DNA from: the human T2T-CHM13v2.0 reference genome, Homo sapiens
Assembly (NCBI RefSeq): GCF_009914755.1
Contig: NC_060931.1
Length of the DNA: 64,000 bases
Reading direction: 5' to 3' (one strand)
Shown: piece after piece, positions 29,253 to 42,430 of the stretch
How positions within the stretch are numbered: the stretch's first letter is position 1
Layout of the letters: each line of letters begins with the position of its first letter
The notes under the pieces: model-generated
The model's input: only the letters and a program-made list of their open reading frames with translations
What the model was told of the DNA's origin: nothing
The model's database searches: none
Translations under genes and position numbers: made by a program

Positions 29253-30575
29253 CAGTCATGTATTGCTTAATGCCAGGGGTACGTTCTGAGGAATGTGCTA
29301 GTAAGTAAGGTCATGGTAACACAATGGTAAGTATTTGTGTATCTAAGCATATACTTCCATAGTGAAGGTACAGTAAAAACATAGTATAAAAGATAAAAAT
29401 GGTACACTTTTATAGGGCATTTACCACAAGTGGAGCTTGCAGGGCTGGAAGTTGCTCTAGGTGAGTCAGTGAATGAGTGCTGAGTGGATGTGAAGGCCTA
29501 GACATTACTGTAAACCACTGTAGACTTTATAAATACTGTACACTTAGGCTACACTACATTTCTTTTTTTGAGACACAGCTAGAGTGTAATGGCACAGTCT
29601 CAGCTCACAGCAACCTCCGCCTCCCGGGTTCAAGTGATTCTTCTGCCTCAGCCTCCTGAGTAGCTTGGATTACACGTGCCCACCACCACACCTGGCTAAT
29701 TTTTTTTATTTTTTATTTTTAGTAGAGATGGGGTTTCACCATATTGGCCAGGCTAGTCTTGAACTACTGACCTTGTGATCCACCCACCTTGGCCTCCCAA
29801 AGTGCTGGTATTACAGGCGTGAGCCATTGCACCCAGCCAGGCTACACTAAATGTATAGAAAAATATTATAAATTAATCGTAGCTTACTGTAACTTTTTAA
29901 CTCTCTTGTAATAATATCACGTAGCTTACAATACATTGTACAGCCGTACAAAAGTGTTTTCTTTATACCCTTATTCCATAAGCTTCTATTTTTAAAATTT
30001 TATCTTTTTTTTTTTAACTTTTTAAACTTTTTTTGTTGTTGTTAAAAATGAAGACAAAAATGCACACATAACCTGGGCCTACACATGGTTAGGATCATCA
30101 ATGTCACTGTTTTCCGCCCCTTTATCTTGTCCCATGGGAAGGTCTTCAGGGACAATAACATGCATGGGGCTGTCCTCTCCTATGACACCAGTGCTTTTTC
30201 TGGGATCCCTCCTGAAGGACCTGCCGAGCCTGTTTTCCAGTTACATTTTTTTTTTTTTGTAAGTAGGAGTACACTCTAAAATAGTGATAAAAGTACAGTA
30301 AATATATAAACCAGCAACATATTTATTGTAACTATCAAGTACTAGGTACTGCATAATTCTATGTGCTAGAGGTACTTTTATGTAATTGGCAGTGCAGTAG
30401 GGTTTGTTTACACCTGCATCACCACAGATGTGAGTAATGAGCTGGGGTTATGACTTTATAATGATTATGGCATCACTAGGTGACAGGAATTTTTCAGCTT
30501 CATTATAATCTTATGGTACCACTCTTGTATACATGGTTCATCATGGACAGAAATGTCTTTATGTGCTATGTAACC
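29253..30575. mobile_element. Tigger3 (Golem) deletion derivative with nested Alu
   Basis: ta|cagtcatg…gttctgag TIR-like start; cactaggtgacaggaatttttcagcttcattataatcttatgg near the end. Confidence 0.8.
29562..29838 (-). mobile_element. AluS in Tigger3
   Basis: TSD aggctacacta(c/a)at; about 20-bp deletion near the Alu 3' end. Confidence 0.9.
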
Positions 30576-30578
<3 letters not shown>

Positions 30579-30616
<38 letters not shown>

Positions 30617-30620
30617 TGTG
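30579..30620. repeat. (TG)n microsatellite
   Basis: Directly visible. Confidence 0.95.
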
Positions 30621-32437
30621 GGGCCGTGGATTTAAAATAATTGCTTTGTTCTAAAATATTGGCATAGATAAATGTAAAAATGTATTATTCCTGAGCAATT
30701 AAGCAGTAGGTTCCTGCAATTGCAGGGATGGCAAGTCTGCCCTCCGTAGGGCAGCCCAGCAGACTGGAAACTCCAGCAAGAGCAGATGCTGCGGTCTTGA
30801 GTCAGAACTCCACAGGGAAAACTGGCAGGCTGGAAACCAGGCAGGACTTCTATGTTGCAGTCTTCAGGCAGAATTTCTTCGTTTCCAGGAATTTTCAGTT
30901 TTTGCTCTTAAGGCCTTCAGCTGGTTGGATGAGGCCCACTCATAGAATGGAGGGTCATTTTCTCTACTTAAAGTCAATTGACTGTGCATTTTAATCACAT
31001 CTACAAAATATCGTCACAACATGTAGAACAGTGTTTGGCCAAGCAACTGGACACCATAGCCTGGCCAAGTTGATACATGAAATTAGCCATCACACAGGCT
31101 CTGGATTCCGTGGTTCCATCTACCCAGTTACACGTGAGAGCACTGCCCAGGAGCTCTGCTGCTTGCTGCCTCCTGTGCTTCACTGAGGCAAGGGGAGCAG
31201 GTTCCTCCCAGGTGCGGACTCTCCTGTCCGTTCTGAGTTTCCATTTTGTGTCCCGCATTTCCCCAAACTCAAGGATCTGAGCTCTGCCAAACCTAAGCTC
31301 TTGTTCCCTCCTCAGACTGTCCTTCTCTCCCAGACACGTGTCAGGGACAGGAAACTTTTCACTTAATCCGTATTTTTCTGCCAGATCAATTTTCTTTGCA
31401 GAAGTCTTTTTAGTTCCTGTGAGTCCCTGGCTTATGCCATTTAAAATATAAGACTTGGTTGTCTTTGCCTTTTTTCCCTTCTGTTAGTCTTTGCTTCAGT
31501 GGTAATGAATGCAAAATGGCCTATCTGACAATTGGAGAAGGCCCAAGTAATGCTACAAAATGGGGGAAATATTAAAAAATACTGTTTAGCCCTTATAAGT
31601 TATTACATGCCTTCAAAGAAAATTTACTTTCCATCCTCCCCCAAACCTACCAGGATGGGACCTGCTTCTGACTCCCAGACTGCATTCTTCGAGGTGCTTA
31701 TCACCCACACAGCCATGGGAAAGGATGGAAGCAGAGCTTGCTTTGGGCTGACATAAGCCTGCAATCTGTACATATACCTGAGGGATGAGACACTCTTTCT
31801 TATTTACAGGCATTAGGTAATGTGAGCTGGTTCCCCAGTGTGACTCTCCAGCCATGGCCTCTCATTCAGATTCATGTCCAGTCTCTATGTCTTGACTGCC
31901 TTGAAGTGAGGGGGAGAGAGACCAGCCTCTCCCAGGACCAATGGATACTTTCCTTGGCTCCCACTGGCTTTCTGAGACATCCCAACTCCCAAGAAGGGCA
32001 CCCTAGCTTCCACTAGCAGCTGTGTGCACAAATACCTTGATGTTTGCTTTTCTTACAGGTAAAGCAGAACAACCACAATCACAACACAACTATAGGGCCT
32101 CAGGAGCTCTCCCAGAAACCTTCTCCCTCTGCATTTGGGCAGTGCTTTCTGACTGGGAGGGCGTGCAGCCTTCTCCAAGCACAACCTCTTTGTGTGTTCC
32201 CAGGCCTTAAATATAAATGGCAGTTGAATGGGTGTATCATTTGCTGGAAGTTGGGATTTCAGTGCCTTAGTGGCTGGAGCTGGTGGTGCAGGAGTTACTC
32301 TTGGCTTTGCAGTACTTGGGGGAGGTCTGAGACCAGGGTAGAAGTTGTATATCTCGTTTTATACACTTTTCTTTTTTGAAGTGTTCTTCTGGTACTCAAA
32401 GAATTTAATCTATCAGGAAGCTTCAGCAAGGCTACAT

Positions 32438-32439
32438 TC

Positions 32440-32470
<31 letters not shown>

Positions 32471-32759
32471 TTGAAGCGAGTCTCGCTCTGTTGCCCAGGC
32501 TGGAGTGCAGGAGTGTGATCTCAGCTCACTGCAAGCTCTGCTTTCTGGATTCAAGCGATTCGCGATTCTCCTGCCTCAGCCTCCTGAGTAGCAGGAACTA
32601 CAGGTGACCGCCACCACACCCGGCTAATTTTTTGTATTTTTAGTAGAGATGGAGTTTCACTGTGTCAGCCAGGACGGTCTCAATCTCCTGACCTCATGAT
32701 CCACCCGCTTTGGCCTCCCAAAGTGCTAGCATTACAGGCATGAGCCACCGTGCCCGGCC
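32438..32759 (-). mobile_element. AluSc/Y with (TTC)n-derived tail
   Basis: Alu reverse complement with gcaagctctgc; (TTC)n plus poly(T). Confidence 0.92.
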
Positions 32760-33125
32760 TCCTTTCCTCTTTTTCTAATGCTCAATCTGCATCCACCCAG
32801 GATATTTAAAACATTTTGTCATATTTGTTCAATTGCAGCTTCGTTACAGTTCATGATTTTGCAAGTCGTCCATGATGCCTGAGGGTCTAACTCACTATTC
32901 CTTCCGGGGGTCATAGTCACTGCCTCCAGTTGCCTTGGTTCTATTTGTAGGGCTTTAAACAATTTATGACTGTATTAGGATTTCTAGAGATTCTAGATAA
33001 ATCTCATGTATTGGATTCAAATTTCTATTCACAAATTAGGTGTCTAGAAAATGCAACTTATATTTCCAAAATTTAACATCTAATTTGAAGCACCATTTCT
33101 ATCTGTTGGGGTGATAGAAATTTCA

Positions 33126-33596
<471 letters not shown>

Positions 33597-33641
33597 TTAA
33601 GTCAATACTGAAGTGTCTGTACTTGAACATGTAAACTGGTT

Positions 33642-33723
33642 TGATATGGTTTGGCTGTGTCTCCACCCAAATTACCCAGTCTCCAGTATGTCTTTATCAG
33701 CAGCATGAAAACGGACTAATACA
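33642..33723 (+). mobile_element. THE1 LTR collapsed to 82 bp by internal deletion
   Basis: Both THE1 termini (tgatatggtttggctgtgt… and …cggactaataca); perfect TSD tggtt (33637-33641, 33724-33728). Confidence 0.9.
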
Positions 33724-34116
33724 TGGTTCCATTCCCTTTATGCCTGTGGCAATCTAAGGACATTTTAACCTATACATGAACACTGATGGCTTCGTTGTTC
33801 TAATAATATGGATTACAAATACAGAGAAAAATAATAAAGATATTGTTTAGGTTAGAGAATCAGGCTTTGGAATAAGAAAATAAATATTTGTATCAAAGCA
33901 TCTGCCATAGTGTAGTCTTAGTGCTCTTGGGGCCTCCATATGGGCTGCTCCCAGGATAAGAATTGTAGCCATACATAGTTTACGTTCAGGAAAGGGTACT
34001 AATGAAGAAGCCCATTGTTTAACCATTCTCCTGCTGCTCAAAAAGATAAGTACAACCTCAAGACCTTGAACATCTAGGTCAAATCTTAACACAACAGAGC
34101 TGGGGGAGGGACACTC

Positions 34117-34284
34117 GGTAGTAAGCCCACCGGGCAGATTATGACACCTGCTTTACAGACCACCACTCACAGATTCAAGGGGAGGCTTCCATGGAAAATG
34201 TAATGGTAAGAGATGATCTTCCCTGCTTCCCTTGTCCCCTGGGTCTCAGAGTTAGGAAGGAGGCTGTGCAGGGGGAGTATAAGA
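34117..34284 (+). repeat. Local direct repeat copy 1 (partner 36115-36277)
   Basis: About 85% identity by manual alignment. Confidence 0.9.
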
Positions 34285-34809
34285 TGAATTTTTGTTTTCT
34301 CTAAGAAAGATTATGTGATTAAGAATCATCCTTTTGAGAGTCTTAGTCACTTTAAGTAAAACTGATCTCTTAAAGGGGGTACTTCTTTTCTAAAATATAA
34401 ATGAAATGACTTAACAATGGGTAGTAACTATATAGAAGGCATTGGTCTGCTGAAGTCTGATGTCATTCAAACATGGAATAATTTAGCAGAGTTTTAAAAT
34501 ATTTGTTATTGAAGGATTTTCAGCATTGTAAAAGTGTTATATTAGAAACTGTCCCTTAGTAAACTCAGGCAATTCCATTGCATGGTAGTAGCTGCATGAG
34601 CACCCTTTAGTGAACGGCTCCATAGAACATTTATGTCAGTTTGTGAGTCTGAACAAGTAAATTAATTTTCTAAACAGAAGACCCAGGAAATAAATCATTT
34701 TGTAAATCCCTAGAGGTTTATTTTCACTCATTTTTTTTTCATATCCTTAATGATAAGCTGTGCATTCTGGCCTTGGGGGCAGGACATGCATTCAACAGAG
34801 GCTTCCATG

Positions 34810-35015
34810 CATTCGACAGAGATTTGAGCATCTAATAAGTACGAGACACTGTGGTAGGCACTGGAGATACTAAAAGATGTGAGAACGGCCCCTGGCTATA
34901 AGAACATCCAAGGATAAGTGGAGAAGAGATGCTCATTCACAGTTGAAATACAACATTATGAGCTCTAAAACAGCACAACACTGAGGGGTTCATGAAAATC
35001 TCCTCCAAGGAGGTG
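34810..35015 (-). mobile_element. L2 3' fragment
   Basis: tttgagcatctaataagtacgagacactgtggtaggcactggagatac. Confidence 0.55.
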
Positions 35016-35026
35016 AGCACCTGGCT

Positions 35027-35406
<380 letters not shown>

Positions 35407-35473
35407 TGATCCAAACAAACAAGAGTAAAACTTAGGAAGTATGGTATTGGCCAGTCAAAATATTCTTGTTTAA

Positions 35474-35930
<457 letters not shown>

Positions 35931-36114
35931 CAAAAGCTTCTTAAAATGCAAACTTCAGGACTTTCAATTATCCTTTCATACTTGACAAAAATTCAGAATG
36001 TACTAAACCTTATGACACATATAACTTTTTGTGTTGTTCTTCCTTGAAAATGGGGGCAAAAGTTCCAGCTAGCTTGGTGTGAGATGTCATTTTCTTTGCC
36101 TTGAAGATAGAAGA

Positions 36115-36277
36115 GGTAGTAAGCCTTCCAGGCAGATTATGACACGTGCTTTACAGACCACTACTCACAGGTTCAAGGAGGGGCTTCCATGAAAATGTAG
36201 CAGTAAGATGATCTCCCTGCCTCCTTCTTCTCCTGGGTCTCAGGGTCAGAAAGGAGGCTGTGCAGGAGAGCATAAGA
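36115..36277 (+). repeat. Local direct repeat copy 2 (partner 34117-34284)
   Basis: About 85% identity by manual alignment. Confidence 0.9.
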
Positions 36278-37234
36278 CAAAGAATGATGATTCTAAATAA
36301 CAACTAACAGTGATTTTTACTTCCTTTGGTGGGTTGTCTAAAATTTAATTTCCTAGTCTCTAAAAATGAGGGATTTGGGTTAGAAGACCTCTAAGAATCC
36401 TGAGGACATATTGTAACTATGACTCTACGTTTGGTAAAGCAAAACATTTAGATGAAATAGTTACTCTGGTAATGCAAGTGCCAACAAGACTCAAATTCCT
36501 GAATTTTCTTGATGCTGTCAGTAGGTCAGTTTTTAAATGCAATTTAAAAATTAGTCCTGAGTAATTGAGAAGGCATAAAATAGCGACCAGTTTATCCAAT
36601 TTGTCGTTACTGGTTTACCACATATCTAAAGAGATAGAGGTGTTATAAATCAGCCCTGTAGTTTTTATCTGTGGTCCTGAAACTTGGTACTGCTACTCTG
36701 GGCTTCTTACATCACTGACTTTTCACAGATTTCCTGAAAATAAAACCTCTATATTCAAGGGTTGAAATTTGGCTCTCTCATAGATATTGTCCAGGAACAT
36801 CCTTGTCCATGAGATTTGTGGGCTTTCAGGAAGACTCCTGTGGACGTGGAGCACATCACATCTCAAGGAATCGAGGAATCCATCAAAAGGCACTCATTGC
36901 TTGCTGCAATGATTGTCCTTCTCTGTCCTCCAGGCTCCCAGCACCCACTGTGTGGAATACAACTACACCATGGCCAGATATCCCATCTTTCATAAGATAA
37001 CTTTAGATTTAGGTATGAATTTGTTCAACATTTTTCTCTTAATAAGGCAAAAACATGCTATAGGTTTAGGGAGAGAATCCTGGAAGGGGTGGACCAGTCA
37101 AGGCTCTGAGCCAGAATGAGGGAGGCAAGCCAAGTTCAGGACAGAGAGGGGTAAGGACAAGGTCAATGGTGGGTTGGAGCCAATTAGGCAGCTGGACTGT
37201 CATAGATAGAATCTGCCACGCAGAGATGGACATG

Positions 37235-37410
37235 AGTTGAGTCCTGTCCCTTGGCACTAGCTGCAGACTTTCAGTTAGTTCCCTAATGCCTTTGTGTGTA
37301 TTTCCATGGGAAATAAAATAGTGTCTGCATCATGAGCTTATTTGAGGGATAAAATAAGAAAGTAAACAGACCATGAATGTGCCTAGCAAATAATGGTTTC
37401 TCAATTAAAA
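37235..37410 (+). mobile_element. MIR fragment
   Basis: ttgagtcctg…tttgagggataaaataag…gcctagcaaataatggtttctcaattaaa. Confidence 0.5.
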
Positions 37411-37585
37411 GTAATTCTTTTTGGTTTGCACTCAGTGTGGAAATGCAGGGCGGGTGCAGATACTGGGCAAAAGTCTAAACACATAGCTCTGTGATGTCTT
37501 CAAGAAAAGAGGAGGCAGAGAATGACTTGTAGGGCAACAAATATTTGTCAAGATCCTCTGTGCTGCTGGGCCCTCCTGAGGCTAC

Positions 37586-38236
37586 TGTAACTACCCGATG
37601 GGTTCTTCCTGCCTACTGCACAGACAAAACCAATTCACTGAGACCATGGCATTAAAATAAAGAGTTTAGTAGACATGAGGCTGGCCAGGCCATGTGGGAG
37701 ATGGAGGAATTACTCAAATCAATCTCCCAGAAAATTCAGAGGCTGTGGTTTTTCAAAGATAGTTTGGTGGGCCAGGGAGTCCACTTCTGGAAGTGGCCAA
37801 AGGACTGGTCAGCAGAGGTTTGGCAGGTCTGGGTGGAGCCACTGGTCAGAAATGCAAATACCTGGACAGACAACTCAAAAAGCCAATCTTAGTTCTGCAG
37901 TAGTGATAGTATCTGCAGGAGTCATGGGGGAGTTGCATATCTTGTGACCTCCAGAATAGTGGCTGGTAATTGTTTATATCTACACCTTAGCAAAATTCAG
38001 CCTCCTCATCTTCCTAACCTGGTGGTCTTTCATTAGCTTCATAAAGGTGGTTTAGTTTTGGGGAAGGGCTATTATCAGTTAAACTATAAACTAAATGTCT
38101 CCCAAAGCTAGTTTGGCCTAAGCCCAGGAATGATTAAGGGCAGTTTGGAGGTTAAAGGCAAAGTAGGGGTTGTTAGATCAGATCTGTTTGACTGTCATAT
38201 TTTTCTCAAGTTACAATTTTTGCAAAGGCGTTTTCA
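37586..38236 (-). mobile_element. LTR8A-type ERV1 solo LTR
   Basis: tgtaactacccg…tttttgcaaaggcgttttca; 4-bp TSD ctac (37582-37585, 38237-38240). Confidence 0.88.
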
Positions 38237-38278
38237 CTACTTCTTTGGAATTTGTTTACCTTCTTTATTTAAGGGTCC

Positions 38279-38639
38279 TGCATTAGTCCATTTTTACACT
38301 GCTAACAAGAACTGCCTGAGACTGGGTAATTTACAAAGGAAACAGGTTTAATTGACTTACAGTTTTGCATGGCTGGGGAGGCCTCAGGAATTTACAATCA
38401 TGGTGGAAGGCAAAGGAGAAGCAAGTACCTCCTTCACAAGATGTCAAGAGACAGAATGAAAGGGAAGTGCCACACTTTTAAACCATCAGATCTCATGAGA
38501 ATTCACTCACTATCACGTGAACAGAATTGAGGAAACCGCCCCCATAATCCAATCACCTCCCACCAGGTCCCTCCTTCAACCTGTGGGGATTACAACTTGA
38601 AATAAGATTTGGATGGGGACACATAGCGAAACCATATCA
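38279..38639 (-). mobile_element. THE1D-type solo LTR
   Basis: tgcattagtccatttt…aaaccatatca; TSD ggtcc/ggtct. Confidence 0.88.
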
Positions 38640-38936
38640 GGTCTTAATCAAACACAAATCCTGGGCCTGATTTGAAGCAGGTCATGAGAGAGTGGAGTAC
38701 AATGGCAACTGCAGTGGCATGAGCAGAGAGGGAACAGGAGGATGGCTCCCACATGGCAGAAGGATTGTCCTCAGGCACCTTTTACACATGGGACATCCCA
38801 GTGCATTTACATATATCAATGTATCTATTGGAGTTAGGTTTATAGGGAGCTTTTAGGAATGCAGCTACTGTATGAAGGCTGCCTTAAGGCTTTTGGGAGA
38901 GGAAAGGCAAGGCATGAATGAAAAGAACAAAACCTA

Positions 38937-39295
<359 letters not shown>

Positions 39296-39759
39296 TTACA
39301 GATATCACTTGCCTTCAGTTTCAGACACAAACAATTTTCCTTCACTGGTGTGCTGGCTTGAGGTTACTGCTGCTCAAAAGCAATTTCCTTACTTTTGATG
39401 TTAAGCTGTATATTCCCCCTAAGCACTCTGGTGTTTTCCATAGCTGACAGTCTCATGATTTGAATTGTAGGTTTTGTTTATTTGGGAACCTTTCGTATAT
39501 TTTATTCTGAACCAATAAACATTTCTAGCCCTTGAGGAGGACAGCTGAAGAAGAGCAAGTGATGCCAAATGGTGTGGCTTGTCCAAGAGCAAGGGCTTCA
39601 GAATTGTGTTAGCAGAGCAGGAGGACACTGGTCATGACTCTGAACCTGGCAGGGGGTCTGGCACAAGGACTGATTTGGATTATTGATAAAGGAAGCAAGG
39701 TCAGAACCAGAATGCTCTCCCTTGACCCTTCTGAGAAAGAACTTCTAATCCTTGGTAGT

Positions 39760-42430
39760 TGTGTTAGGCTCTTCTTGCATTGCTGTAAAGAAATATCTGA
39801 GACTGGGTAATTTATAAAGAAAAGAGGTTTAATTGGCTCACAGTTCTGCAGGTTTTACAAGGAGCATGGTGCCAACATCTGCTTAGCTTCCTGGGGGGGC
39901 GGTGGCGGGCCTCAGGAAGCTTACAATCATGGCAGAAGGCGAAGTGGGAGCAGGCACATCACATGGTGAAAACAAACAAGAAAGAGAATGCAGGGAGTGG
40001 TGGTGGGGGGAGGTGCCACACACTTTTAAATGATCAGGTCTCACAAGAACTCACTCACTATCATGAAGACAACACAAAGCCATGAGGGATCCACCCCCAT
40101 GACCAAAACATCTCTCACTAGGCCCCACCTCCAGCATTAGGGATTAAAATTCTACATAAGATTTGGGTAGGGACAAATATCCAAACTATATCCTTCTGCC
40201 TCTGGCTCCTGCCAAATCTCATGTCCCTCTCACATTGAAAAATACAATTATGCTTACCCAACAGTTCCCTAAAGTCTTAACTCATTCCAGCATTAACTCA
40301 AAAAGTTCCAAATCCCAAGCCCAAAGTCTCCTCTACAGATAAGTTCCTTCCATCTGTGTACCTGTAAGATCAAAACAAGTTATTTACTCCCAAGATGCAA
40401 TGGAAGTATAGGCATTGTGTAAACATTCCCATCCCAAAAAGAAGAAATCAACAAAAAGAAAGGGGCTAGAGGCCCCATGCAAGTTCAAAACCCAACAGGG
40501 CAGTTGTTAAATCCTAAACTTCTAAAATAATCTCCTTTGACTTTATGTCCTACATCCAGGGCACATTGGTGCAAGGGGTGGGCTCTCAAGGCCCTGGGCA
40601 GCTTTGCCTCTGTGGCTTTGTAGGGTAAGTCCCCTGTGGCTGCTCTCAGATTGTTGAGTGCTTGCAGCTTTTCCAGGTGTAGAGTGCAAGTTGCTGGTGG
40701 ATTCTACCAATTCTGGGGTCTGGAGGATGCTGGCTCCCTTCTCATAGCTTCACTAGGCAGTGCCCCAGTGGGGTCTCTCTGTGGGGCCTCCAACCTTACA
40801 TTCCTCCTCTGCACTGCCTTCATAGAGGTTCTTCGTGGGGGCTCTGGTCCTGCAGCAGGCTTCTTCCTGGGTACCCAGGCTTTCTCATACAGCCTCTGAA
40901 ATCTAGGTGGAAGCTGCCAAGCCTCGTTTACTCTTGCACTCTGCATGTCTGTATGCTTAATACCACATGGAAGCCACCAAGGCTTATAGCTTGTGCCCTC
41001 TGGAGCAGTGGCCTGAGCTATATATGCATACCTTTGAGCCATGGCTGGAGCTTCAGTGGCCAGGATGTTGGGGGCAGTGTCCTGAGATTGTGCAGGGCAG
41101 TGGGGCTCTGGGCCTAGCCTACAAAACCAATTCCCTCTAGACCTCTGGGCCTGTGATGGGAAGGGCTGCCTTAAAAGTCTCTGAAATGCCTTTGAGGGCT
41201 TTTCTCCACTGTGTTGGATAGTAGCACTTGGCTCCCTTTTAGTTATGCAAATATCTCTAGCAAGTAATTGTTACACAGCCTGCTTAAATTCCTCTCTTGA
41301 AAAAGCTTTTTCTTTCTCTCCTACATAGCCAGGCCACAAATTTTGCAACCTTTTTTACACTCTGCTTTTCTTTTAAATGTGTTTTAACTTATTCCTTTGC
41401 TTCTACACCTAAGCATAGGCTTTTAGAAGCAGCCACAACACTTCTTGAACACTTTGCTGCTTAGAAATTTCTTCTGCCAGGTACCCTAAGCCATCACTCT
41501 GAAATTCAACCTTCCACAGATCCCTAGGACATTAATCCCTAGGAATTACCATCCTGGAATGCTCTATTTATCTTGTGAACATGATTGGTAATTTTCCATA
41601 ATACATTCTGTGAATTGTCAGTGGATAAGGCCTTTAATGTAAAAAGAAAAGTCTACAGAATTGCTTGTCATTTGCCTAAGAGAATCTATAATAGATCCCT
41701 AGGACATAAACAGAATGCAGCCAAGTTCTTTGATAAGGCATAACAAGGGTGACATTCACTCAATTTCTCAATAAACTCCTCATTTCCATCTGAGACCTCC
41801 TCAGCTTGGACTTCGCTATCCATATCACTATCAGCATTTTGGTCACAACAAGCTAACTAGTCTATAAGAAGTTCCAAACTTTCCCTCATCTTCCTGTCTT
41901 CTTCTGAGCCTTCCAAACTCTTTCAACCTCTGCCCATTACCCACTTCCAAAGCTGCTTCCACATTTTCAGGTATCTTTATAGCAATGCCTCACTCCTGGT
42001 ACCATTTTTTTCTGTGTTAGACTGTTCTTGTATTTCTATAAAGATATACCTAAAATTGGGAAATTTATAAAGAAAAGAGATTATATTGTCTCATGGTTGT
42101 TCAGGCTTTTCAGGAAGCCTGGTGCCAACATTTGTTCAGCTTCTGGGGAGGCCTCAGGAAGCTTACAATCATGGCAGAAGGTGAAGGGGGAGCAGACATA
42201 TCACATGAAAGCAGGAGCAAGAGAGAGACAGAGTGTGTGTGTTTTAGGGGTGCCATACACTTTTAAATGGCCAGATCTCACAAGAACTCATTCACTACCA
42301 CAAACACAGCACCAAGCCATGAGGGATCTGCTGCCATGATCCAAACAACACCCACCAGGCCCCACCTCCAGTATTAGGGATTACAGTTCCACATGAGATT
42401 TGGGTGGGGACAAATATCCCAACTATATCA
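39760..42430 (-). mobile_element. Complete MSTB MaLR element: LTR 39760-40193, internal 40194-42012, LTR 42013-42430
   Basis: Two same-orientation MSTB LTRs flanking THE1/MST-int sequence (ORF fragments PWWLPCG…AWQLPPRFQRLYEKAW); TSD gtagt/gtaga. Confidence 0.9.
41543..41684 (-). repeat. 142-bp inverted copy of unique DNA at 42495-42636
   Basis: 141/142 identity by manual alignment; flanked by 15-bp duplication agatccctaggacat. Confidence 0.95.

Larger units (their letters stand above)
28752..31094 (-). mobile_element. MLT2 (C/D-like) LTR split by MST and Tigger3 insertions
   Basis: agtcagggttctccag at left; ggatgaggcccactcatagaatggagggt…aaattagccatcaca at right. Confidence 0.72.

Noticed and set aside
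40636-41042. MaLR internal ORF remnants as a domesticated gene
   Set aside because: Short and interrupted, as in ordinary MST-int copies
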